Virus record (IMG/VR): IMGVR_UViG_3300048856_000113
Span: 1 to 42,776 of that record
Origin: a virus
Lineage: Duplodnaviria > Caudoviricetes
Length of the DNA stretch: 42,776 nucleotides
Direction: 5' to 3' (one strand)
Shown here: positions 21,382-30,172 of the stretch, piece after piece
How positions within the stretch are numbered: position 1 is the stretch's first letter
Layout: each line of letters begins with the position of its first letter
Made by a program: the position numbers and the translations under genes
The notes under the pieces: model-generated
What the model saw: only the letters and a program-made list of their open reading frames with translations
The model's database searches: none
What the model was told of the DNA's origin: nothing

Positions 21382-21962
21382 TAGCTCTTGCGGAGACCCG
21401 AGACGGCTTGGCTGTCGGTGAGCATGTTCGGCTTGGAGAAGCGAAGCTCCTCGTCCTTCATGGCTGCCAGCGCTTCCAGCTCGTCCTGCTTGCTGTAGGT
21501 GTGGACCCGCTCGTCACCGAAGTAGCGATCCTGATATTTCCGAGCGGCCCGAACCGTGACGTAAACTCGGGCCGAAGACGGAAGCTCTTCGAACAGCAGA
21601 CCGAAGGTGGCATCCACGGTGACCGGAGCCTCGAACTCGTAGGTCTTGTTCGTCAGGTCGTAGAGCCGCAGACCACGCTGCACGACAGTCATGGCCGTAT
21701 CGCCTGAGGCTTCGAGCGACAGGATGTTCGGCGGGAGCTGGACGGCCTTGTTCACGTCAGGGACGAACTCCCGGCCTTCTTCGCGGTTAAACCACCAGCC
21801 GCGTGTCTGGACCTCGACCGAGGTGGTCCTGAGGATTTTGATGGCGAGAGAACCGTCGATGACCACCTCTTCGTCGAGAGAGTTGATCGGGCTCTCAGCG
21901 ATGACGCCGAGAATTTCGTTGACGGCCTCCAGCTCGGTCAGAGGGGCAAGCCCTTGAGCCAT
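21381..21962 (-). CDS. Tail tubular protein A (gp11-like)
   Basis: TELEAVNEILGVIAESPI and VQTRGWWFN motifs. Confidence 0.95.
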   Translation of the reverse strand: MAQGLAPLTELEAVNEILGVIAESPINSLDEEVVIDGSLAIKILRTTSVEVQTRGWWFNREEGREFVPDVNKAVQLPPNILSLEASGDTAMTVVQRGLRLYDLTNKTYEFEAPVTVDATFGLLFEELPSSARVYVTVRAARKYQDRYFGDERVHTYSKQDELEALAAMKDEELRFSKPNMLTDSQAVSGLRKS

Positions 21963-21990
21963 GAGGAACTCCGATGTTGGGGGAAAAACG

Positions 21991-22021
21991 AAAAAAACCG
22001 GAGCCCTTGCGGACCCCGGTT
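21991..22021 (-). terminator. T-phi-like terminator after the major capsid gene
   Basis: CCGGGGTCC-GCAA-GGGCTCCGG hairpin followed by a run of T. Confidence 0.9.
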
Positions 22022-22040
22022 CAAGTTGTGGTTTAAGACC

Positions 22041-22973
22041 TTAGGCGATCTTGAGTTCGATTGCGCATTCGGGACGCAGCTTGCCGTGGCCGACTGCGTA
22101 CTTGGCCAGCATCAGGTCGCCGATGCGGGTCGGGAGACGATCAACCGACATGGAGAGATCGAGGAGCTTGACCGTACCAACAGCGCCCTTGTGCATGATG
22201 AGTGCAGCGGTCTTGGTGAAGTCGCCACGGTAGTCCTCGGGACCAGTCGTGACAGTCGTGCCGTTCGGCAGGTTGGCGGTCTTAACCAGCGGGATGTCCG
22301 CGATCTTGACTACCTTGCCGTCCGCATACGAGCCCTTGCCGTCCCAGTCCTTGTTGATGACCTTCGTGTTCTGGGCCAGTGCGTAATACTGGACCGGCTT
22401 GACGAAGCCATAACGCTCGGAAGCGGGAACGAACTTCTCGTCGAACACTGCAGCAGCCTCGAAGAAAGCAGCAGCCATCACATCGCTGTCCGTGAGGAAT
22501 GCAGCGTTGGTGAGAGCCGAGCCACCCGGGAGACCGTCGACTACGTTCGAGGAACGAGCGGCGAGGACGCCAACACGAGCCACGTTCTTGTCGTAGGCCT
22601 GAGCGAGTTCTTCGCCCATCTGCTTGGTGATTTCGCCACGGACTTCGAAGTGGTTCATCGCCTCGTCGATGTCCGCGAGGAACGCATCGGTGATGAGCAG
22701 GTCGTTGATCGTGATTACACGCTCGTTGGCCTTGAACACCGTGCCGAGGACTTCCGTGCCCGGGGTGTGGTAACGTGCGCCGTTCGTGCGGCCCGTAACC
22801 GGGAAGGAAGCGGACTTGCCTTCTTTGATGTTGCGGGTCATGTGCTTGTCAGCAAACTCGGTCGTCTGCGTGAAAGCGGTGATTACTTCGCCGGTCGAAA
22901 CCTTGATGAAGTTTGCCTTCGCATCGCCAGTGCCGTTAGCCTGACCAATGCGCGAAGGGATAGCGTCTGCCAT
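22041..22973 (-). CDS. Major capsid protein (gp10-like)
   Basis: GKSASFPVTG, ITINDLL, GEELAQAYD, YAVGHGKLRPECA; ATG at 22973 with AGGA SD. Confidence 0.96.
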   Translation of the reverse strand: MADAIPSRIGQANGTGDAKANFIKVSTGEVITAFTQTTEFADKHMTRNIKEGKSASFPVTGRTNGARYHTPGTEVLGTVFKANERVITINDLLITDAFLADIDEAMNHFEVRGEITKQMGEELAQAYDKNVARVGVLAARSSNVVDGLPGGSALTNAAFLTDSDVMAAAFFEAAAVFDEKFVPASERYGFVKPVQYYALAQNTKVINKDWDGKGSYADGKVVKIADIPLVKTANLPNGTTVTTGPEDYRGDFTKTAALIMHKGAVGTVKLLDLSMSVDRLPTRIGDLMLAKYAVGHGKLRPECAIELKIA

Positions 22974-23300
22974 GTGAAATTCCTGTGTGATGTTCTGAGG
23001 TTGTGGACCTCGGTCATCGACACTGGCGATCTCTCGGGATTGTCCGGCTTCCATCCCCCGCAAGGGAAGGTCGGCGGGTCACCAATGATCTCCGTGTGAG
23101 TTCCTTGGTTCCGTGGATCGCCCTCTAAGAAGAGGCGGGATCAGTCAGGAACATCGGGGACAGGAGTTGCATGGCCCGGGGATTTGGATCAGGGATCACC
23201 CGGGCGTTAGAGTTGATGAGGACAGCAAGTCTACCAATGCCGATTACAGGTCATGGCAACTGACCAAACTCAAGGGGGATCACTTGATTGGTTGCGTAAT

Positions 23301-23320
23301 CCTATTGTGGTCCCTATTCG
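23301..23320 (-). promoter_or_regulatory. Phage RNAP promoter (phi10-like)
   Basis: CGAATAGGGACCACAATAGG upstream of the capsid gene. Confidence 0.88.
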
Positions 23321-23350
23321 GCTAGGGCAGCAATGCGCCAGAAGCAGTTA

Positions 23351-23752
23351 TCAAAACGCGATGATGATCTCGCCCAGCTTTCGGTTCTCAAGGAGGACAG
23401 CGTGATGCCCCGGCTCATCACCTTCGGCCAAATCGAACCTCAAGATCTTCCCGCTTTGGCTCAAGTCAATGTTTCGAGATCGGTACGAAATGAAGCAGTT
23501 CTCAGTCCTGCAATAAACAATCGGGCGAACGCTGGTGTCGTCGTAGCGGCTAAGCGCGAGGTCGATGTCAGGAGCCTTGTGGTCAACCAGTTGGCACGGA
23601 TATTTCGAACACTTCACCTCACCGTAAATTGGCTCGTGCTCACTGATGAGGATGGCGTAACGAAAAGTTTTTGCGGGGGCATCCTCTTCGGCGAACGCAC
23701 CTGCTCCGTTTATGACCAACGCTGCGCACAGCAGGATCACATTGCGAAGCAT
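23351..23752 (-). CDS. Secreted/periplasmic hypothetical protein (moron)
   Basis: Signal peptide MLRNVILLCAALVINGAGAFA; GGAG SD; atypical codon usage. Confidence 0.65.
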   Translation of the reverse strand: MLRNVILLCAALVINGAGAFAEEDAPAKTFRYAILISEHEPIYGEVKCSKYPCQLVDHKAPDIDLALSRYDDTSVRPIVYCRTENCFISYRSRNIDLSQSGKILRFDLAEGDEPGHHAVLLENRKLGEIIIAF

Positions 23753-23871
23753 GCGGCGAACTCCAGTAGGTTGAATCACTACTCTATCAGGGTTTCGCCA
23801 AAGTATGAATGTCGCGAAGCATGACGTCCGCTTCGGGCCGAGAGGCGTCTTCCGCTTCGCGCCATTTGCGG

Positions 23872-24276
23872 TCATCGTAGCCACCGGATCGTCACAAGGT
23901 CGATGATCATCGCGTAGGACACGCAGAACGCAATGAAGCCCATGAAAACATCGGGACGCTCTGTCGGCCAAAACAGAAAATGCACTGGAACCCATACCGT
24001 TGACATGATGACAAAAGCGTAGGCGAATTTCTCGTAGGCGCTGCCTTTAAGGCCAAAGAATTTCTCATCTACCATACTCGCGTAAGTCGCGCGGTTCTTG
24101 AGAAGATGCGTCCCAGAGTGGATGCTACTCATGAGGAATAGCCCGTAAAGTCCGTACGGTATGAACGCTCTGTGTCGGCCAAAATAGTAGCCCATGAGCA
24201 TCATCGAACCAATGATAAGATGCACCAGGTATGAAAAGACCACAAAGTTCTTTATCCCAAACTTATGCATGACCAT
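23872..24276 (-). CDS. Four-TM membrane protein (moron)
   Basis: Four hydrophobic segments; visibly AT-rich DNA. Confidence 0.7.
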   Translation of the reverse strand: MVMHKFGIKNFVVFSYLVHLIIGSMMLMGYYFGRHRAFIPYGLYGLFLMSSIHSGTHLLKNRATYASMVDEKFFGLKGSAYEKFAYAFVIMSTVWVPVHFLFWPTERPDVFMGFIAFCVSYAMIIDLVTIRWLR

Positions 24277-24471
24277 CTAAAGACCCTTTCTGCCACCAGT
24301 ACCGCTCATAGTAGCCCGGCCATTTGAGGCGACAAGCATCCCCCACATCACGGTTGTGGAGTTAGTGCAAAGCAGTGGAGGAATTGTCTCTTAAACATTC
24401 TCAATTTGAGCGGTTCCGGTTCCAGAATTTCGTAGACTACTCGTTCGCCTAGGGCCGATTGCGGACTTCTG

Positions 24472-24741
24472 TTATTTTCCTGCTAGGCTGTCGTAGAAGC
24501 TGATCAGGCGCTTACCGCACTCGATCTTCTCCGTCTCGGACAGCTTGAGCTTGGAGATTAAGGTAAGAACCTCGGCCTTCGACATGGGTCCAACTTTGGG
24601 TCGGGCCACTGTACTATCGAAGCAAAGCCGAAGATCGGCAGGAAGCTCCGGGTAGAACAGCACTGGATTAGTCCCAGAGGTTGCGCAGCCGGTCAATGTC
24701 AGCGCCAGTGAGGCACTCACGACCAGCGTCTTCCAACGCAT
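24472..24741 (-). CDS. o-spanin (Rz1-like lipoprotein)
   Basis: Lipobox LTGC after a signal sequence; start lies within the 3' end of the i-spanin gene in another frame. Confidence 0.8.
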   Translation of the reverse strand: MRWKTLVVSASLALTLTGCATSGTNPVLFYPELPADLRLCFDSTVARPKVGPMSKAEVLTLISKLKLSETEKIECGKRLISFYDSLAGK

Positions 24742-24997
24742 TGGCATACTCCTGTAGATCTGTGGTCTTGGTGGTGAGGTCGTTCAACCGCTTGGCCTGA
24801 GCAGCCGCTGCAGTAGCGTCGGCAGCCCGGGCAGTCCTCTCCAGATCGAGCATGTGCTGGGCCGTGGATAGGTTGCGGGATAGTTCGTCAATCTCAGCCG
24901 AGCGATCGGCATCAGAATGACCCTTGATGTATCCGCCGATGACGAGTGCCAGGACGACTAGCGCCGGGGCGACAAAGCGGATCAGGATGGTGGACAG
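24668..24997 (-). CDS. i-spanin (Rz-like), apparent CTG start
   Basis: Frame open from CTG at 24997 with a GGAG SD 8 nt upstream. N-terminal TM (ILIRFVAPALVVLALVIGGY), Ala-rich coiled coil and a C-terminal Cys. Confidence 0.75.
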   Translation of the reverse strand: MSTILIRFVAPALVVLALVIGGYIKGHSDADRSAEIDELSRNLSTAQHMLDLERTARAADATAAAAQAKRLNDLTTKTTDLQEYANALEDAGRECLTGADIDRLRNLWD

Positions 24998-25272
24998 TCA
25001 GGGTTCTCCATGGGGTTCATGGGGTTGCGAAGAACCTGCTTGTAGTCGAGGTGGCCGACCCCGATGTAGGTGCCGTAGAAGAACGGCGGGAGACCGGCCA
25101 ACGCCAAAGCGGCCCCGTCTAGGCCACGGTTAATGGCGTAGAACAGAGCCGCGAACGAGCAGATGGTGTTGAGCCCGAGCCAGACCTTGGAGGTCTTTCT
25201 GCGGCTGGACTTTAAGCGGGATACTTGGCCCAAGGGAGCTGCCAGTGAGGACCGTCTTTGAAGGTCTTCCAA
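24982..25272 (-). CDS. Putative holin (2 TM); start uncertain
   Basis: Two hydrophobic segments; located between the endolysin and spanins. Only TTG starts are available (25272 or 25233). Confidence 0.55.
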   Translation of the reverse strand: MEDLQRRSSLAAPLGQVSRLKSSRRKTSKVWLGLNTICSFAALFYAINRGLDGAALALAGLPPFFYGTYIGVGHLDYKQVLRNPMNPMENPDCPPS

Positions 25273-25598
25273 TCACCGCCCCACTCGATGGGGACGTTCA
25301 GCTCTTTGGCTGCCTGTTTCACTGCCGGGGCCAGCTTGTGGTAAAGCGCCCAGTCCCATGAAACCTTGCCATTCGCCAGCGGTGCGATGTCAACTGCGTG
25401 GCCGGTGAGGTGGCGAGAGCGCATCGTAGTGGATGCACCCTTTGCGACATTGGCCCTCTGCTGCGCGATGGTTCGCACACCTTCGAGGACCGTGCAATCG
25501 ACCGGAGTAATCTCGATGGCTCTCTTGATGACCCGAACAAGATCGGGATGGACACCAGTGAGCTTCGAAAGACTACCCCGCCCGAGGACGTAGGTCAT
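25212..25598 (-). CDS. Endolysin, peptidase M15 family
   Basis: EGVRT..QQ, SRHLTGHAVD, WGGDW..FKDGPHWQ Zn-peptidase motifs. Confidence 0.92.
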   Translation of the reverse strand: MTYVLGRGSLSKLTGVHPDLVRVIKRAIEITPVDCTVLEGVRTIAQQRANVAKGASTTMRSRHLTGHAVDIAPLANGKVSWDWALYHKLAPAVKQAAKELNVPIEWGGDWKTFKDGPHWQLPWAKYPA

Positions 25599-25611
25599 TT
25601 CTTCCTTTCAG

Positions 25612-26439
25612 TTAGATGTTGTTGGACCGAGCCAGCTTGGCCTGAACAGCCGCGTTGAACGCCGGGTCCTTGCTGTAGCGAGGGTCGGACATGTCCTTGG
25701 TGACCTCGGCCCAGCTTGCGTAGACATCCGCGTTGGATGCCGGGGGCTTGCCACCACTCAGGAAGTTCGCCGGGTCCTTGCCGTTGGCGGCTTCGTATTT
25801 GGCCTTGAGCTGGCCCACTGCGATGGCTGCAGCGTTCAAGTCAGAGTTGGCGAACGATGCGTTGTATTCGTTGATCTCGGCCTCGGTCAGGGCGGTGGAT
25901 GCCCAAGTGAACATGCGGTCGAGGTTCTCCTTGCCACCGGCCTCGTTGGTGAGACGAGCGGTGACAGCGTCGGCCAGAGCCTTCTGTCCTGCGATGAACT
26001 GGTCCACGGTGCCCTTGTCGAAGCCCTTCGCTGCCAGATCGGCATAGCTTGCTTCGGACAGGACGCCATTGGTGTTGAACTCGTCGCTCAGCGCGTTGAG
26101 GTCTACCGCCTTCGGGACTTCGGTCTCGTCCTTCGGCTTCTCCTCTTCGCCTTCCTTCGGCTTGTCGGCCTCGGCTGCTGCTGCGGCATCTGCCTCAGGC
26201 GCACCGGACTGCTTGGCTTCAAGCTCGGCGTAGGCCTTGGCCATGTCTTCCCACGAGGAGAACTTCTCGGGGAGACCTGCGGGGCGTTCAGCCTGACGTG
26301 CGGCTTCGGCCTTGGCGAGGAGGACTTCTTCGGTCGAGGTGGGGGCGTTGGCTGCGGCCTCGGCCAGAGCAGCGGCTGCCGGATCAACTACGGCTTCTTC
26401 GGTGGTCGTTTCAGCGGCTGCTGCCTGTGCGATCTGCAT
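25612..26439 (-). CDS. Capsid scaffolding protein (gp9-like)
   Basis: LPEKF..WEDMAKAYAELE and MSDPRYSKDPAF motifs. Confidence 0.92.
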   Translation of the reverse strand: MQIAQAAAAETTTEEAVVDPAAAALAEAAANAPTSTEEVLLAKAEAARQAERPAGLPEKFSSWEDMAKAYAELEAKQSGAPEADAAAAAEADKPKEGEEEKPKDETEVPKAVDLNALSDEFNTNGVLSEASYADLAAKGFDKGTVDQFIAGQKALADAVTARLTNEAGGKENLDRMFTWASTALTEAEINEYNASFANSDLNAAAIAVGQLKAKYEAANGKDPANFLSGGKPPASNADVYASWAEVTKDMSDPRYSKDPAFNAAVQAKLARSNNI

Positions 26440-26567
26440 CAATAATCCTCGCGATTGAACGTGTACTTGGTGACGGTCTCGGAGGCCTTGGTGACCTCCT
26501 TGGGTTCAGTGGTGGTCTTGGCCTTGGCTCTCGCCTTGGCCTTGACCGGGGTTGTTGGTTCAGCCAA
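26439..26567 (-). CDS. Small 42-aa protein between portal and scaffold (below the ORF-track cutoff)
   Basis: TTG start with AGGAG SD; MAEPTTPVKAKARAKAKTTTEPKEVTKASETVTKYTFNREDY; TGATG coupling to the scaffold. Confidence 0.65.
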   Translation of the reverse strand: MAEPTTPVKAKARAKAKTTTEPKEVTKASETVTKYTFNREDY

Positions 26568-28146
26568 CTGGGGCTCCTTCTGGGGTTGGTGCTGCTTCCT
26601 GCCTCATGCCCTCCTTGGCCATGCCACCCATCTGGGCGATGGCTTGAGGACCGAGCTTCTCGATGAGGGCTTGGAGCTGCGAGTTCTGGTCACCCTGAGC
26701 AAGCTGATCGTCGGTGATCACGAGACCACCATCGTCAATGCCAAGGGCTGCTGCGCGGCGCTTGATGTACTCGCCAGCGTTGATCCGGCGTCCGATCTCC
26801 TCGGGACCGAAGAGCTGGGCCAGACCACCAACGAGAGCGTCGAGGTTCTGGAGGTCGTTGCCACGGCCAAGAGCGTCGAGACCGGCCACAACTCGGACAC
26901 TGGTCACGCCCTTGGGGAGCGGTGGGACCTTCCGGCTGTGTTCCATGCGCTTCTCGTAGAGACGCACTACCGGGAGCTGGAACTCTTCGGAGAGCAGCGA
27001 GTAGATGCCGCCCATGCCCTGCTCCAGCTCACTGGCGACGAACCGGATCTCCTCGGCCGTCACTCGATCCCCTGCCCTTTGGACAGAGCTGTTGAGCATG
27101 AAGGCGTAGGACAGGCGTTCAACGAGGGTCTGGATGAAGCGTTCAGCGACGGCGAAGTCGGCTTGCTTATTGACCTGCAGAGGAGTGACCGAGGTCGCCT
27201 CACCCGTGACGAACCCACCGTTCTCAGCGGCAGCCAATTGCTTGGGCTTCACCACCGAGTTGGGGTTCACGAGCCAGACCACCTTGGCAGACTGGGCCGT
27301 GCCGTCACGGAGAGCTTCGATCATCTTGTCGAGGGCACTGAGGTCCCCGATATATTCGTCAACGAAGCCGCGACCGTAGTTCTCGCCCTCGATGTAGGTC
27401 AGGCGCAGCGGCAGCCATGGGCAAGCATCCAGCGGATATTCACCCACGTTCGGGCCGGTGATGTCGATCCCCTCACATTCCTGCGAGACGATGTACTTGT
27501 CGCCGGATCGGGTGACGTGCGTGTAGACATCCACGTTGGAGTCTCGGGGCTTGTCCTGCACTTCGCGGATCGAGAGAACCTGATTGGCGATCTCAGCCGG
27601 AAGAGCTGCTGGGGACATGCTCTCCTTCACCACGAGGTCGATCCAGTTGCCCGAACCGTCGCGGTCGCAGACATACTGGTTGAGCCGGAAGCCTCTCGGG
27701 CGTCCTTCCTTCGGGATGTGCAGGAGGTAGTTGCCGCTCAGCAGAAGCTGGCGTGTCGCCTCGAATGAAACCGGGCGGAACAGGGAGCCGTACATTTCCG
27801 AGACCACGGCCCGTTCCCGGGCACTGAGGGCTTTCTCGACTTCACCACGCTGGTCTTCGGCTTGAGTAGCCTCTCGGACAGCAATGTCGTCGATCTCGTA
27901 TTTGAACGGCGGGGTGTTGATGGGGAACAGCGCGAGGTGGATCTTGGATGCCAGGTTCCTCAGGCCTCGGGCTCCCAGACTTTGCGAAGGCTCTGGCAGG
28001 GTGGTCGACGCAGTGGTGCCGTTATCGGGCATCAGGTGCGGGACCGTCAGCTTGGCGGCTTCCACGGCCCGTCTGAAATACGGATCGCGGTCGGTTACCA
28101 GCTTGTCGTAGAGAGCTTTCGCTGAGACTTTCTCGATCTCAGCCAA
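26560..28146 (-). CDS. Portal (head-tail connector, gp8-like)
   Basis: QSLGARGLRNLASK, GENYGRG, RVTAEEIR, GLDALGRG motifs. Confidence 0.96.
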   Translation of the reverse strand: MAEIEKVSAKALYDKLVTDRDPYFRRAVEAAKLTVPHLMPDNGTTASTTLPEPSQSLGARGLRNLASKIHLALFPINTPPFKYEIDDIAVREATQAEDQRGEVEKALSARERAVVSEMYGSLFRPVSFEATRQLLLSGNYLLHIPKEGRPRGFRLNQYVCDRDGSGNWIDLVVKESMSPAALPAEIANQVLSIREVQDKPRDSNVDVYTHVTRSGDKYIVSQECEGIDITGPNVGEYPLDACPWLPLRLTYIEGENYGRGFVDEYIGDLSALDKMIEALRDGTAQSAKVVWLVNPNSVVKPKQLAAAENGGFVTGEATSVTPLQVNKQADFAVAERFIQTLVERLSYAFMLNSSVQRAGDRVTAEEIRFVASELEQGMGGIYSLLSEEFQLPVVRLYEKRMEHSRKVPPLPKGVTSVRVVAGLDALGRGNDLQNLDALVGGLAQLFGPEEIGRRINAGEYIKRRAAALGIDDGGLVITDDQLAQGDQNSQLQALIEKLGPQAIAQMGGMAKEGMRQEAAPTPEGAPVG

Positions 28147-28149
28147 GGA

Positions 28150-28362
28150 TTACCGGGGCAGGTTCACGCCGGTCTGTCGTGTGTTGGTCAAAGGAATGAC
28201 CAGTGAGGATCGACCCCGACGAGCGATCTGTGCGGAAGCTCCGTCAGATGCCGTGGCTTTGGTCGCCTCGTTCAGAACTGGGGCCAACTGGGCAGGTGCC
28301 GGGGCCGGAGCCGGGGCAATGACCGTGTCGGCCTTCTTGATCTTGGGTGTCTTAGGACACAT
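28150..28362 (-). CDS. Small virion/tail assembly protein (gp6.7/7.3-like)
   Basis: MCPKTPK..., RRGRSSLVIPL...GVNLP; directly upstream of the portal. Confidence 0.7.
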   Translation of the reverse strand: MCPKTPKIKKADTVIAPAPAPAPAQLAPVLNEATKATASDGASAQIARRGRSSLVIPLTNTRQTGVNLPR

Positions 28363-28573
28363 TAAGGATGCCTTCTTCCTCCTGTTGGGTGCGAAGGTTG
28401 CGGAGGTAGTCGATGATCCGTTGTTCACCGACCATGGCTCCGATCTCGCGGTCTGTTGCGTTGAGCGTGACCTCGGAAAGCTTCCGCACCCCGAAGATAG
28501 CTTCGAGGTGGGAGACAATGGCTTCGGTCACATGAGGTTTCTGGTGAATATCCAGAGTCAAATCTTGGGACAT
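28352..28573 (-). CDS. Hypothetical protein (gp6.5-like position)
   Basis: MSQDLTL...GEQRIIDYLR; ATG abuts a phage promoter. Confidence 0.7.
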   Translation of the reverse strand: MSQDLTLDIHQKPHVTEAIVSHLEAIFGVRKLSEVTLNATDREIGAMVGEQRIIDYLRNLRTQQEEEGILNVS

Positions 28574-28593
28574 GCTAGTGTGGCCCCTATTCG
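28574..28593 (-). promoter_or_regulatory. Phage RNAP promoter (phi6.5-like)
   Basis: CGAATAGGGGCCACACTAGC. Confidence 0.8.
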
Positions 28594-29873
28594 CGAAACA
28601 GGATGGAGCCCACCGACTGTGCATTATCCATCACTTCATGCCGCCTTCTCTGATCATTAAGCAGTCCCAGGGAATGGAGCTTGATCTCTATCACTTGGCG
28701 TGATGCTTCAAAGTAGGTTGACATGAGTACCAGAAGTTCGTGGTAGAGCCCGTAGTTGACGGGTTGGTCATCAACGAAGACGTAGCCGTGACTATGATTT
28801 CTGATGTCTAGCTTCCTTTGCACTTCATCCAGCACTATGCGGAAAGTATGGTCGGGCAGGATCAGGAACGACGCGAAGGCGTTGGCTTGGTATTCAAGTC
28901 GCTCGTAGTTGAAGCTTTCTTCCCCCACGCTGTCCAACATCAGGTCGCTGGCTATGATTGTATCGTTCCTAATGTACTGCTTGTGTTGCAAGCAGAAATG
29001 CCCGATCTCATGAGCAAGCGTGAAACGCTCCCTTTGAGGATTTCCGTGAGCATGTATCTGGATCAAGTTGCGATCGAAGTTCGCAGATCCCAGAATGAGT
29101 ATGCCATCTGGAGTTCGAACGATCTTGTCGGTGTATTCTAGGTCGAGTGCCAGCTTGGCACATACTGCCTCCAGATCGACTGGCCCCTTCTTGTAATCAA
29201 TACTTTCCAAGGCTGCCTGAGCTTTCGCTCGAAGAACCTCGGTTGGCACGAATGGAACTGAGATCCGACTGCTACTGCCCCCCTCACCTTTATGTCCAAA
29301 TAGAAGGTCGCTGGTAAATTGCCCGACGGTGCCGAAGAATTTTCCATCGTGGTACGCAGAAAACTTCAGGGGCTTCACTTTACTTTCATCAACGAAAATC
29401 TGGGCTTGCATCAAGCGCTTCTCGACGAAGGTCCGTCCTTGGCGGTCAATGATGAACTCAAGACCATTGTGGTCATATTTGACGATGCCTAGTTTCCTGC
29501 TTTCGGCTAACTTTCTTGCGCCGCTTTGTAGCCGCGAGGATGTCACGAGGACGCCTTTGTGGGCATTCGGGAAGATCTCCTTGAGCTTGTCCGAGAACTC
29601 ACGAACGTAGACCTCTGGCACGCTCTTCCCATAGTTCTTGCACTCAAAGACGATGGTCGTGTGGGGCGACGGCCGCCCCACGCCATAAAGCTCTATGACG
29701 ATGTCGAACTCCACGTCGCCTTCTCGGTCTCTGGAGTAGTACTTCTTTTTCCGGTGGATCACGCATCTGTCTGGATCATGCGCTCCAAACACAAGCTGTC
29801 CTTGGCGCTGTTGGTCGAGAAGATACTCATGAAATTCATCTTCAAGCTCATTGCCCTTGCCGGTAGTACTCAC
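28587..29873 (-). CDS. PD-(D/E)xK (Mrr-like) nuclease fused to ImmA/IrrE-type HExxH metallopeptidase
   Basis: N-terminal G.ELE...EFD..FECKNY...LQSGA; C-terminal RERFTLAHEIGH and EYQANAFASFLILP; AT-richer than its flanks. Confidence 0.8.
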   Translation of the reverse strand: MSTTGKGNELEDEFHEYLLDQQRQGQLVFGAHDPDRCVIHRKKKYYSRDREGDVEFDIVIELYGVGRPSPHTTIVFECKNYGKSVPEVYVREFSDKLKEIFPNAHKGVLVTSSRLQSGARKLAESRKLGIVKYDHNGLEFIIDRQGRTFVEKRLMQAQIFVDESKVKPLKFSAYHDGKFFGTVGQFTSDLLFGHKGEGGSSSRISVPFVPTEVLRAKAQAALESIDYKKGPVDLEAVCAKLALDLEYTDKIVRTPDGILILGSANFDRNLIQIHAHGNPQRERFTLAHEIGHFCLQHKQYIRNDTIIASDLMLDSVGEESFNYERLEYQANAFASFLILPDHTFRIVLDEVQRKLDIRNHSHGYVFVDDQPVNYGLYHELLVLMSTYFEASRQVIEIKLHSLGLLNDQRRRHEVMDNAQSVGSILFRE

Positions 29874-29929
29874 AGAGGTTCCTTAGGTCTGGACGCCACC
29901 GTGATCATCTACCATCTTCAGGTGATTTG

Positions 29930-30172
29930 CTATCGGCTGTCGGTTTCCTCTCTATCCAGCCTCGCCAACTCACGCTGAGCGAAGAAGATCATCTTGTTGA
30001 GGTCGTAGCGTTTGCTGGTGCCGTCCTTGTCGCCAAAGCGGTAGCAAGCCTTGAAGATGTTGCCGAGGCCGAACTCCATCCGCTTGTGTTCGATCAGGTC
30101 CTGTAGGTCCGTCGCGTACTCAGGGATGTTGTAGTAGGAGGTCGAGCCGCCGTCCGACTTCACGGCTGCCAC
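29930..30172 (-). CDS. DUF3310-like small protein (T7 gp1.7 nucleotide-kinase-related)
   Basis: DGGSTSYY...GNIFKACYRFG.K..DLNK pattern; GTG start at 30172. Confidence 0.6.
   Translation of the reverse strand: MAAVKSDGGSTSYYNIPEYATDLQDLIEHKRMEFGLGNIFKACYRFGDKDGTSKRYDLNKMIFFAQRELARLDREETDSR

Noticed and set aside
22030-22070. T7 10A/10B-type capsid frameshift
   Set aside because: No slippery sequence near the stop, and a terminator follows immediately.
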